Shown here: one piece after another, positions 10,571-21,837 of the stretch
Layout: each line of letters begins with the position of its first letter
Numbering within the stretch: the first letter of the stretch is position 1
Made by a program: the position numbers and the translations under genes
DNA from: Leidyana gryllorum EB-2025a
Lineage: Eukaryota; Protista; Apicomplexa
Length of the DNA stretch: 64,000 nucleotides
Assembly: GCA_048772705.1 (NCBI GenBank)
Contig: JBLWGC010000169.1
Location: 136,088-200,087, forward strand
Direction: 5' to 3'
Notes under the pieces: model-generated
Databases searched by the model: none
What the model was told of the DNA's origin: nothing
What the model saw: the letters and a program-made list of their open reading frames with translations, nothing else

Positions 10571-13150
10571 TCAAAGCTCTCTGGAAGAGGTCGACTGCAA
10601 ATACCCGTAGTGATGTCCAGTGGATATATATACGCCCCGACTGCCATCACTCCCCACTCTCTTAAGTTGTTCGTGGTGGTACAGCTGTCTCCGTCCTCCG
10701 CCGCCTCCTCCGCCCCCGCCTGAGGCCCCATTCCCACTCCGGTGGGTATATGGCAACTGCCAATCGACGTATGTGAGCTGCTGGGCTGGCAGCATTGGTT
10801 TCCGTGTCACTTGGATCTGTCTGGGAGTCTGGGCTTGTTGATATACGGACGGCCTATTCTGTACATAAGCTGCAGCGGCTGCTGAGGCCGAAGTTTCTCT
10901 TCGTGGTTGTTGTGGCAGTAAGGCATAGGCTTCCGGTGAGGGTATAATGGAGGTGTTCCGTCGAGATCCGTTGGTGGATTTGGTCGTTAAAATCTGTGTG
11001 CCGTCGTCTATGAGTTCACAGGTTCCGTCGTCGTCCCCAGCGGCGTAAATGTGATACGCTGCCGCCGAGTACTCATCCGGATGACCTGTCGCCTGTCGCA
11101 TCGTAGTCGCTGGATAGTGATGTTCAGCCGGGATTTGGTGCAACCGCTTTGCCGCCGCCACAGCCGCCGGGTGATGGATCGCCATTACCCGTTGACGATA
11201 TCGATACTGCGGCTGCTCAGCCGCCATTAGCGCCTGGTGGGGCTGTGGCTGCGCCTGAGGGGGGAGTAAAGCCAAGTTGGTGGCGTACAGTCGCGGAGGG
11301 GTCTGATCCCCGCCATTTGTGGGGTCGCCGACCATCTCAATCTGCTGAGGAGGCGCCGACAGGCACTCAATGTACTGCGCGGGCCCAACATATTGGCCTC
11401 CGCCGTCACTGCGGATGTACACTCGAGCCGTTGGACCGTTGCCGTCGCCCCAGTCGCCTTCGATGACTTCATACTGCGGCGGAAGCGGTGGAGGCGGAGG
11501 CTCTGGTTCGGCCTCGAGCATCAAGAGACGCTGATTTTGGGGACCTCCCGGCGTGGTGGCGGTATAATACGCGGCACTGTATCGACTCGGCTGTGGAGAC
11601 AAAATCTCTCCTCCGGGCGGGGGGGGCTCATCAGCCATATGCAAGGCGGACCCGCCGCCTCCACGGCTGGGACGACCGCCAGTGGGTATCCGACTCCGAA
11701 GAACAGTACTGCCCATCGCTGCGGCAGCCGGGGTGCCGGGGGCCCGTTTCCAAACGATCTCGTTTCCCCAATTCGTCGCCCGGTGGCCTTCACTCGGTGA
11801 TCTCTCACTGAGTCGTTGTTCGACCTCTGCCACGGGCTGGATGGGCAGTGACGTTGAACTAAAGTTGCTCGCGTCGTCTCCCGCCTCCATCATCCCTCCG
11901 TCATCCGCTGCGAGATACTGCGAGCGCTCAAACTGAGAACCCGCTTGCGACTGTCCGTAAGGATCATAACGAGAACTCGGATGATCGGCCCACTGCGGCT
12001 GCGGCTGCTGCTGCGGGTAACGAGGTGGGGGCGGCGGCTGATATTGAGCGCCTGTCGTCGTCGTCGTCGTCTCGGGATACCGTCGGTGCCGTATGTACTG
12101 TATGGGCGGTGGTACTGCTCCCCCGACTCCACCACCGCCGCCCGGCTGACGTATGGTGTAGAAGGGGGGGGCCGGGGCTGAAGTTAGTGGTGGGGGCGGC
12201 TGATGACGGGGTCGGACCTGTAACATTTGTGGAGCTGCGGCCATTTGCTTTGGTGGCGCAGCATTGTCGTCAGACGAGTCGATATAGCCTCCGCCTCCCC
12301 CGCCGTGATGCACGGGCGTTCCCGGTTCGGTGAAAGTTCGGCCGTGGATCATTCGTTCTGGGGGTAGTTGGGAGGCGTTTTGGTGATTGTGGTGGAGCCG
12401 TCCAATGAGTTCTCGGGAAGATCCGCTCGATAGAGTTTCTAATTCGTACTCGCGGACTTGGACGATGACGCTGCCGTCCTCTTCGCTGTCGCTGCCGAAG
12501 CGAACTTTCTTTCTTTCGAGCCCACTGACAGTGCGGCAGGACTCGGAGCGCGTGGAGCGGGGGTGACGAAAACCCGTATGGACACTGCGAACTGGCTGCA
12601 AACGCTGCGGGTTGGGAGTTTGGGATCCACGACGTTTGTAACGCCCCGAGAAATTGACAAAGCACGCGGTCGGGCTGAACTGAGGCAGCGCTCTGTGGAC
12701 GAGCGGCGAGCTACTGATACTGCCTGCGTGTTCATTGCCACTGCTGTGGACCCCGTCGCTGTGGACGACAATCTCGTCATCAGCACTGGCGACCGATCCG
12801 CTTCGACTGCGTGGGACAAATTGATGGACAGGCTGAAATTGCTGCGGTGGTTGTTGTTGATCGCCTTTGAGGATGGATACTGGCACTGGCACAGGCGGCT
12901 GTGGCGGTCCACTCTGCTGCTGAGCGGCTAAAAACGAGGTACGGGCGGCCGTCCGGGCGGCCGTCGTGGCGTCTACGCGTGAATGAGGTGGGGTCAGGAG
13001 GCCATCTATTGGGGCTGACGGAATCGTGGCCAGTGGGATCTGTTTGCGCTTAGCGGCAGCCCCACTGGCGGAACTGTCGGTTTCAGTTTCGACATAGCTG
13101 CTGTTCTCCGCGCCTGTTGTCGAAGTACCTGATGGACTAGAGGGAAGCAT
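10571..13150 (-). CDS. Large Pro/Gln/Gly-rich disordered protein with RVxF-type motif
   Basis: Stop-free frame of about 860 codons from ATG 13150, low-complexity composition, contains RKKVRF. Confidence 0.75.
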   Translation of the reverse strand: MLPSSPSGTSTTGAENSSYVETETDSSASGAAAKRKQIPLATIPSAPIDGLLTPPHSRVDATTAARTAARTSFLAAQQQSGPPQPPVPVPVSILKGDQQQPPQQFQPVHQFVPRSRSGSVASADDEIVVHSDGVHSSGNEHAGSISSSPLVHRALPQFSPTACFVNFSGRYKRRGSQTPNPQRLQPVRSVHTGFRHPRSTRSESCRTVSGLERKKVRFGSDSEEDGSVIVQVREYELETLSSGSSRELIGRLHHNHQNASQLPPERMIHGRTFTEPGTPVHHGGGGGGYIDSSDDNAAPPKQMAAAPQMLQVRPRHQPPPPLTSAPAPPFYTIRQPGGGGGVGGAVPPPIQYIRHRRYPETTTTTTGAQYQPPPPPRYPQQQPQPQWADHPSSRYDPYGQSQAGSQFERSQYLAADDGGMMEAGDDASNFSSTSLPIQPVAEVEQRLSERSPSEGHRATNWGNEIVWKRAPGTPAAAAMGSTVLRSRIPTGGRPSRGGGGSALHMADEPPPPGGEILSPQPSRYSAAYYTATTPGGPQNQRLLMLEAEPEPPPPPLPPQYEVIEGDWGDGNGPTARVYIRSDGGGQYVGPAQYIECLSAPPQQIEMVGDPTNGGDQTPPRLYATNLALLPPQAQPQPHQALMAAEQPQYRYRQRVMAIHHPAAVAAAKRLHQIPAEHHYPATTMRQATGHPDEYSAAAYHIYAAGDDDGTCELIDDGTQILTTKSTNGSRRNTSIIPSPEAYALLPQQPRRETSASAAAAAYVQNRPSVYQQAQTPRQIQVTRKPMLPAQQLTYVDWQLPYTHRSGNGASGGGGGGGGGRRQLYHHEQLKRVGSDGSRGVYISTGHHYGYLQSTSSREL

Positions 13151-13619
13151 AATGGTTTGGCGCCTGTTGTTGTTTTGGTTTGATAAAAATGGGCAAAGGA
13201 GAAGATGGCCAAGCAAGTGCACTCACTGACGTAGGTGGTGGGTTTGGCGTTTGTTCGCCGCGTCTGGATCGAGTCGGATGCCCGCGGGCGATGTTGCCGG
13301 AGGCTTCATCCTGATTGGCGGCTGCAAGAGAACCAAACGCCGTTTGCGGACGCTTTTGCGAACGTGTCTCAGCTGCTGGCCGTGTTGTGCCACCGTAGCC
13401 TCAAGGAAACAGCATCACAATACTGCGATCGTTTTCCAGAGAAACAGCTGACTTGGCTACCACAAAGGCACTCACTTGTGGGGCTCACAAACACTTTTTG
13501 AGTACCTTGGGACAGCCGGCCGGCCGTCGGCGCGAGTGCTCGTCGCTCACGATCTGCAACACAAATTGAAAGGCTCAAAAATAAAGAAACCTATACACCA
13601 TGAACCTCTGAACCAAAAC

Positions 13620-14564
13620 ATGGCCACAGAACATACCAAGAAACCATGTCCGTGCCTCATCAAGGACATTCTATTCAAGGTACCCCGCCAGGGACGTATC
13701 GAAGTATTCGACGTACCTATTGAAGATGATACCCTACAACACACTAACAATAACATACACGTAACTCTCGCTCCAGTCAAAAGTATGTCCCGCAACTGGA
13801 GCGCCGAAGTTCTCACTGTCCCATTTGATCGCTGCCTCGACGACAAGGATGATTTCGAACAGTTGGGAAGAGCTCCAGAGACCTATAGAGGCCTCCGAGG
13901 CGCCGGCATCTGCCGCGCGAATCCCTCCTATCCAACTGCGGGTAAGGCTCCTCCATAGATGATGTGAGTAACCTCTGCCCCTGCGTGTTTCATATCCGTG
14001 AGGTCTGTGTGCGTGTGCCCTCGAGGCCGGCTAACAGTAAAACGCCGCATTGTCGTTGGCTCAGCTACCCAACGCTCAAGTTGTGCTGCACATGTCGTCA
14101 TCTGTCCACAAAAGGACAGCTAGCGCCTCGCCTCTCCTTTGATGAAATCTCTGGATGTTCTTCGTCTTCGTTGTGGCCTGCTGCGACTGAGCATTGCAGG
14201 CTCTGCGGGGTCCAGTCCAACGGACTGCGCGCATCACCGGTGGATGAAGACCTTTGAAACTCTGAAAATGAAGTTCAAAAGCAGCGACAAGTATGTCAAG
14301 TGCCCAGACGTCAATCATAGCGATATGCTTATTCGGCCGGCTGACAACACCCTCGCTGCGGACAAAACCGCTGCTGTCGGCGCCGTTAATCATGAGATGA
14401 ATGCGGCTGGCCAAAAAGCCAATAATCCAAGATCGCCGCGGGACGCTAGTCGGGTGACCCAACGAAATGATGAGCGTTACCGACCGCCTGCAGCGCAAAC
14501 AGTGCTTGCCAAGACTCTTCACGTATTCAGAGAAGTTCATTCAAGCACATTTAGGGTCTTCTAG
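13620..14564 (+). CDS. Hypothetical protein (2-exon model)
   Basis: ATG 13620. A phase-1 GTAAGG donor at 13942 can join the acceptor at 14199 into ORF 14139-14564. An alternative acceptor near 14037 gives a shorter product. Confidence 0.45.
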
Positions 14565-14634
14565 GGCCTCGTTTCTATTTTTTGCCCTTTGTGTACCCCA
14601 CACACACGTGTGTGGTGTCTCTACTGATTGATTG

Positions 14635-15680
14635 ATGCGCGTCTTAATTTGCAGCTATGTAGCTGTAATGTGCGTGAAGGCCGTCGCGCACGGCACTGAG
14701 TGTGAGTGAATCTTCAACCTCAATATTGTGAACAAGATTTATGACTGATTTCCAATTCCAACACTAGACTTTGACATGATCACATCGAATTTGACAAAAG
14801 CCTTCGGGACTGAGTCCGAAGAGTTCCTGCTCCTCTCAAGGATTCTCCGGCACCCCAACGTCACTAGCACAGCAGTTAGTCACTATTCATATCCAACGGC
14901 TCCGTATACCTTTGTCCTCCTGATCTCCAGGATATGGAAGATGGCGGTCTGATAGCACTGGCCTTGATGAATGCTCTCCAAGATCAGTTCCGTCAAGTTG
15001 TGCAGGATCTGCATAAGTTTACGGGAGGCAGCGATTCTGCCCTTTCGTCTCCGTTTGGTCTGAACGGAATTTCCAAGGGTCGCCAATCCAAGTTTGGATT
15101 TCTGCAATCCACTGCCCTCCAGTCTGTCAACAATCAGGGAATTGACAAATTAGGCACTGATGGTGAGTTGAATTGATCGCGAGAATCAATCTTCGATCTC
15201 TGTCTGAAAACAGATACTGCCTGCTCAACTCAAGCACAATGTGATTCCATTGCGAACCGAATGAATGTCTGCGCTTCCTTGCGCCAGGTGGCCACCTCCG
15301 CCTACAAGACTTTCAATGCCATGACGAACGTTATGGGCACCGTGTAAGTTTTGTCAATTCTGACATGGCAATGATGCCTTCAGGATGAATATTCTGTGTG
15401 TCTGTCTGTTCATTGGGCCCGTGAAACGCTGCATCATGAAGGACTTCCCCTATACCTGCGTCTTCCCTTATCAGGTAGCGTTTTTGGGGGCGCGTGCCGC
15501 GAAATTGTTCGTTTACAACAGATCTATGCTCAATTCGTTACTCTCACTGGGAGCATTTGGGAAACGGTTAAGACGTGAGTGACTACTTCAATTCATCTTA
15601 TTATTCAATAATCCCAAAGAATGAGTACGATGTGCTCTGCAATCGGCGATCCGATGTCTCAAGTGGCCCAACTGACATGA
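14635..15680 (+). CDS. Secreted protein with Cys-rich C-terminal domain
   Basis: Signal-like MRVLICSYVAVMCVKAVAHG. Multi-exon frame continues through ...FGFLQS...ACSTQAQCDSIANRMNVCASLR...LCVCLFIGPVKRCIMKDFPYTCVFPYQ...WETVKTMSTMCSAIGDP. Confidence 0.7.
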
Positions 15681-15708
15681 GTGGCAGTCAAAAAAAAGAC
15701 CGCATGGA

Positions 15709-17067
15709 ATGAGATTGGGAGTTTCGTCTGGGACAATCGATCGTTCTGTGGGCGCAGGATGGTTATACCACGTCACCAGCGCACTATTACAACAGCTGCC
15801 ATATATAGCGCTCTATCCTGGCCATGAGCCGTCGTTTCGGAACATCAAATCCCGATCTCACAAGTACAAAAGGCCAAAAATCAAGGCTCCCCTCAAAGCT
15901 CTCTATAATGATTGGATCCGACATCTCAAAGAGATGAGGACTGATCGATATTCCACCATTGAGAGCGCTGTACTCTCCAAACGCGCCGGTTCCGTTTCGC
16001 ACATTGTTCTCAATGTTTTGGACACCCTACCCAGTTCCGCCTCCAGTTCGAAGGGTTGTTGGCGGCACTTTCCTCAGGATCTGAGTCAGCATATCTCTTC
16101 CTTTGTCAAACGGGCGGCTTGGAACGCCCTCAGTCACAACCACCAACAAATCCTCCAGTTGTTGGTCGCGGATCCGCAGGGCCTGTTGCCCCCACACGCT
16201 CTCGCACCTGCCGCCCGGGACGCCCTGAGAGAATGGATCACATCAATGACCGCATCTGGCGGCGATGCGAAGCTTCCCTTCCAGGCTGAAGAGACTTATG
16301 CGCTGTCAGAGATTGCAGCCACTTTTTTGGGTGCAAATTGGCAGGAGAAAGCTGATCGGTTGGAGACAGATTTTCGACCCGAACAGATATTGAAAAAGGT
16401 GGAGACGACGCGCAAGAAATACCGACGGAAAGCTGTGAAACGGGGCCTCTCGAGGAGAGAGGCCTCAAAGTGGGCCCGGGCAAAGACAATTCAGAAAGTC
16501 ACAGGCGACGATGGGGGTGACCAGGGTGGGAACGACTCTTCGTCAAACAGCGACGCAGCGGTGACTGTTAAGGAAGTGCCTCCGGCTTTCAGGGAATATA
16601 AGAGATATGCGAACGGTGGACCCCCCTTTGCCAACGCGTTGATAGCTGCGGCCAGATCACTTTTGCGGAGCGTCCAGGGGTTGCAAGCCGGCAGAGTTCG
16701 GTTCCTCAGGAACCAGAGTTGGAAGGAACTGACGGCAGCAGAAGCTGAGGTATACAAAGCACTGCTGAACTTCAACATCGCTGATACCTTGCGAGGGCTC
16801 GATGTCAAGTTGGCGCAGTTGGAGGCTTTGTTGGGCAACGGTTTGAATCAGGAGCTTTTGGTATACCTGAAACACTCGCCATCTGACGAAGCTGCAATTC
16901 GCGATTTCGCTTATTTCCGGGAGAGGGAAGAGATGGCGAGGGAGAAAAAGATGCCCTCTTTACAGGAGGGCAGGCCAGTGGATATCTTTGCTCATGATGA
17001 GCGCGAGTATACCAGCACGATGCCGTCTTTCCTTTCGTTGGGCAGCCGGTCCGATGGGGATATATGA
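15709..17067 (+). CDS. Hypothetical protein, 452 aa
   Basis: Long uninterrupted ORF with protein-like composition. No domain recognised. Confidence 0.7.
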   Translation: MRLGVSSGTIDRSVGAGWLYHVTSALLQQLPYIALYPGHEPSFRNIKSRSHKYKRPKIKAPLKALYNDWIRHLKEMRTDRYSTIESAVLSKRAGSVSHIVLNVLDTLPSSASSSKGCWRHFPQDLSQHISSFVKRAAWNALSHNHQQILQLLVADPQGLLPPHALAPAARDALREWITSMTASGGDAKLPFQAEETYALSEIAATFLGANWQEKADRLETDFRPEQILKKVETTRKKYRRKAVKRGLSRREASKWARAKTIQKVTGDDGGDQGGNDSSSNSDAAVTVKEVPPAFREYKRYANGGPPFANALIAAARSLLRSVQGLQAGRVRFLRNQSWKELTAAEAEVYKALLNFNIADTLRGLDVKLAQLEALLGNGLNQELLVYLKHSPSDEAAIRDFAYFREREEMAREKKMPSLQEGRPVDIFAHDEREYTSTMPSFLSLGSRSDGDI

Positions 17068-17298
17068 ATATAGAGTGACTTTTTAAGCGATATATGGATA
17101 GAAAGATTGGAACACACGATCTGGAATGACACAAACACATATTGTTGATTGAACAGATGTGATGGACACACAGACGTTCGGTCCACATTCAGTCAGTTGA
17201 CACAGCAGACGGACGGGCGCGAGTGCTGCTGTATAGATGGATAAGTTATAATCATTACCTACAATAACAAATGGTCAACGAGTCATTGGAAGGACGCC

Positions 17299-20200
17299 CT
17301 AGTCTGAAACCTTCCCTTGTGGGCCGCCTTGGGCATTAGTAGATCTGAAACGAGTTTTCAGGGAGGGTGTTGTGTGTTTGAGTGTGCTTACTGTCTGAGC
17401 TAGCGGCGGCGGCTAAACGAGCGCGTTGCTGCCCGCGACGGAGCTCCTGGAGTCGTTTTCGCATCTGTGGGGTGGCAGAATCGGTGCGGTGATGGGAGTG
17501 AGGCTTACTATGCCGTCTCGGTACTCGGTTCGTGCACGCACCAAGTCCTTATAAAAGGTACCCAGAAACTTGAGCACTTCGAGGCCGTCGGCGACAGTCT
17601 GAGAGCGTTTGTTTTTCGCTCAAATGGAGAACCTTACCGATGCATTGGGGGCAAACAATCGAGCTTTGGTGATCAATGAGTCCTTGATTTGGTCATTACG
17701 TTGCCGGAAGTTGCTTAGTTGAGTAGCAGCCTCTGTTACCAGTCGAGTCATAACTTGAATGAAGCGATGCGTGTGGGAGTCTGTATGGTCAGTGACCTCG
17801 ATACGGATTTTGCGGATCTGATCTTCGAGACAGGTGATTTGTTGAGCCGTTTCGTCAGGATTCATGGCTTGGATCTCTGTGATGCCGTCCATATTAGTGG
17901 TCAGAACAGTCCAGAACGGAGGATATTGAGCATCAATAGTCGCCGCAACAAATTTCAGAAAGTTGACACTGTTGTCGGTGGCAGTAACTTTCCTCAAAGC
18001 ATCGACCGAGTTCAAGTTGAAGCCTTTGGCCCGCTTGTTAGTGTAATAGTTTATGTAATTCCCGAGACGCAAGCATAACGCCAGCAAAGCTCGCAGTGCA
18101 GGGGGCCGAGTGAGAACTCGTTCAATTCCACTCAAGACCTGCTCCTGACGCTCGAGACGCAACAGAATTCTCGCCTCCTCCGGCTTGTAATTCACCAAGG
18201 CTCTACAGGCTTCTACCTTTGCTCTCAATCGAGGAATGTTGTTCCATTCCAGTAGAATCACCTCAGCCTGACCGGGAATGGCTCACGGGAACGGACAGGG
18301 GGGGAGGGAGGGGGAGGGGAAGCGGGACACACACACAGACACACACACGGAGACACGGAGACACACACACCGGCGAGCGAGTAAAATGGGGCAAATAGAG
18401 CTTTGGAACGCCCCGCTTGGCCCCGTCGACCACCACATAGCCCACAGAACGGTCAGTCTTACCCTGCTGAGGTCATCCTTGGGAGCGGCCGAGATTGTTT
18501 TTGTTTCTTCAACTGTCGGCAAGAGCCCGAGGATTACCTCCAATGTGTTTGGGTCGAGTTTGCGTCCCTCGGTATTGTACTCTGCGGTTTCAGGCACTCC
18601 AAGATCCATATCGACAAATGTACGCGTGATCAATTCCGCATCAGTGAAGACCCCGAGACCTTTCATGGAGATCTCGAGGTTCTGCAGTCTGCGCCCGTCT
18701 AAAACGCCTTTGGGCTTCGCCTTGGGGGAAGTCGCATCAGGGGTCCGACTCGTCTTGGGTGCTGTTTCGTCATCAAAGAACAGCTGAGTGACTTCAGAAA
18801 AGTCGGGTTCGAATCGCGCAGGTACAAAATCCAACGTTTTGCCTCGCTCCCACGGAAAGATAAACTCGGCGTTGGCGCCCACGCATACCGAATTGCGTCG
18901 CAAATGACTCGAGCGAGACGGAGGAACTTCCAATGCCGAGGAGGTGCGACTATCCAGGAAACTCGGTCGTCGACTCGATCCACGCACTTGCAGCTGACCG
19001 CCAGGGTCGACAGCCACCTCTTTACACCCTTCTCTTACCTCGGCCAATGCTTCCTGTTGCTCCATCGCGAGGGCTGCCGGAGGCCAATTAGCCTCCTCTT
19101 CCAGCAAACCATCCCAAATAGTTCCCGGAATCTGCAATAATACAGCAGATATCAGACACAAAGACCGACGCATACCTTGGCTGGTGGGATTGGGTTCCAC
19201 AGAACTTTCCGCGGGGTCAGTGTCGCAGGGGGTGGGGGTACGAAAGGATCTGGAGGAACTTCTTCCTTGGCGGCCGCACCTCCCTTCTTGCCAGGCGGAG
19301 GGGCCTTTTTGCCTTTCGCTGGTGGTGGTGCTTTCTTGCTCTTCGCAGGTGGTGGTGCTTTCTTCGCCTTGACTGGCGGCGGTTCTTTCTTGGCCTTCAC
19401 TGGTGGCGGCGGTGGCGGGGGTTCCTTTGAGACAATCACCGTTGGAGACTCGGGGGCACACGGCGGCGAACAATCAGCCGTTGTCGCTGCCGTCGCCGCC
19501 AATCTTCCAGAAGGCGGCACCTCGGAACTTTCTGAAGCATTGACGGGCGCCGCCGTGTCCACAGTGGATGGTGTCGCAACCGATTCAATTTCTCCTGGAC
19601 TACTCACACATTTTACTTCCAAAGTCGGTATGTTCAACACTTTGTCCGGCGAAGACGATATTGCTGATTACAGTGAAGAAGGGAAAGGAGACAAACATCA
19701 AAGTAATCAACAACAAACTTATGATTGGCAGTGACAATGTGTGTGTCTGTAGTGTGCGACCGTGTGGGTCACACAGTCGCACGCCGCACACACACACACC
19801 CACACACTCACACACCCGCACGCCACACACTCGCACACACGCCCGCACGCCACACACTCACACACACACACATGGTGCCTCTGTTTCACACACAAATTAC
19901 CAGACGATGTAGACGTGTCATCATATCACAATGGCCGAGATGCTTACTGGTGAAGCCTGAATGCCCGCGAACGGGAACTCTCAAGGGCGGCTTTTGGACA
20001 TCGAGAGTTGCTGATGCGTGTCTTTGCCTCAGGGCAGGAGGGGCGATGCCGTGAACAGTTCTTTGGGGGAGGCCGAAGATGCGTCTAGCGCTCGGATCGT
20101 GGGGTGCGCGTAGCTCGGCGACCCATTCGTTAACGGCAAGGGAGACATCGAACGAAGTGGCGTCTTCGTTTGAGAAGCGTGCTAGTGTATTCTGCGAGGT

Positions 20201-21302
20201 GGCAGAGATAGACCGCCCATGGGGTCTTGGTGGGCCAGCGAGGGCGACACGTCCAGAGGTGGTGAGTCTCAGGGCGGGCGAAGTCTGATTGGGGGAGAAG
20301 GGAGGAGAATTGTGAGGGGGCGTAGATGTTAGGATGCTCACCTACCATCGCCCAGGCCGGCTGTTCCTGTTGTATTTCAACTTTGACCGCGAGGGTTTTA
20401 GCTCTTCCAGATGGTCTCGATTTGGTAGCGATTGGAGGGGTGGGCGGGGGTGATATGTCTTGTTGTTCGGCGAGGTGTTCGATGTGTACTCCTCTGACTT
20501 GGGAGTACCTTTTGGTCTTGGCGATGACAGACTGAGGCTGAGAAAGGGTGGAATGAGTTTGTGAAAGTCTGGAGATAACGCGGTGGAGCCACTCTTCTTT
20601 GTTGGTCGAATTGTCGATCTCGAATGAGATCTCATCAAAGTCGGCGGTAGCGCGCCTGGGTTGACAGAGTCGTTCATTAGTCGTATTTGTTGGATCGCTT
20701 CGCATTCGGGGTTCCAGTGTGAGGGTGAGGAGAGCAGTCTCATCATCGGACGACGCCCAGCTGAGGAGCTGCGGCTTTGGCTGCGGCGGAGACGGCGGCG
20801 GATCTTTGTTTGGCTGTGGCGCGACGGAGACACGGGGTGGACTGAGAACAACGGTGGACTGTGCGGGGTCAGATCGGCGGTGCGACGGCCTTAGGGGCGG
20901 AAGCGCTGCGAAGGATGAAGAGGAGGACGACGAGGAGCGACCGCTCTCGCCCTCCGGCGGCAGGACCGCGGAGACGGCATCTCGGGGAGACGGCGTCAGA
21001 GACGGCGATGCAGCCGGGCGACGCAGTCGACGCCGGGGAGAGAAAGGCAACTCGGTACTCCGGGCGTGGGTCAAAGGAGACAACTCGTTGATACGCTCAC
21101 ACGGGCGCCGCGCAGTCCGGGTTGTCGCCGGGTATACTGACAGAAATGAAGAGGGATCCAAGACTCGGCGACCCGTTGATGCGGTCGTGGATGGTGTTAC
21201 CACACCATTCTCAGTTTTACCATTGGCCGTTCCCAACCTTAACGCGGGGACCTTCGGCGGTGGCACGGCTGTCGAGGACGAACTGAAATTTAAACGCCCC
21301 AT
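17299..21302 (-). CDS. Formin (FH1-FH2)
   Basis: FH1 KEPPPPPPPVKAKKAPPP repeats. FH2 motifs KVLWNPIP..GTIW, LDGRRLQNLEISMK, LRLGNYIN, AKGFNLNS, VNFLKFV. Multi-exon; the 3' end is approximate. Confidence 0.9.
19785..19872. repeat. CA-rich intronic microsatellite
   Basis: Degenerate (CA)n/CACCCGCA tract in a formin intron. Confidence 0.8.
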
Positions 21303-21837
21303 TCAACTCCCTCTCTTTATTTAGAAACTCTTCTCTCATATATATATACATAAATCCGCCGGCGACCCAGAAAAGCAGAGACCAATGGACAGTAGTGAGT
21401 CAGAAGACCACCGCCCCAGCAGCAGCCACTCCTCTTCCTGCCATATCAGCCCTGTCGCAACACAAGAGTGGAGCGATCATGATGCCTGCTGCCACAAAAC
21501 CTGCTTACCCAGACTCCATACTACTCGAAACCCTCCACAACTACAAATAGACCCAATCAGGTCAGCCGTCAATCACTCACTCGCAATCACCCACCCCCCA
21601 CAGAAGATCTGCCAGAATCGCTGCCGCTGCTGCCGCCGCTCTTGACCGCTGCACTCTTTTGCGCGATGAAATTCGCATAATGCATTGTGCAACCCCACTC
21701 ATGCGTCATGCTTGCCAATTATCTCACTGCACAGCTTGGTGTGAGCGGTGCGTACACACGCCACACAATCTTATCGCTTGAGAGTGGCTTATTGCTCGCT
21801 CACCGCTCCCAATCGTCCGTCCCTCTCCCCGCGCGCG

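Noticed and set aside
13942-13958. Ultra-short 17-nt GT-AG introns (also near 2484-2500 and 28175-28191)
   Set aside because: At 13942 ordinary longer introns explain the frame. The one near 2500 is out of phase with the downstream gene. The 28175 case has no independent support.
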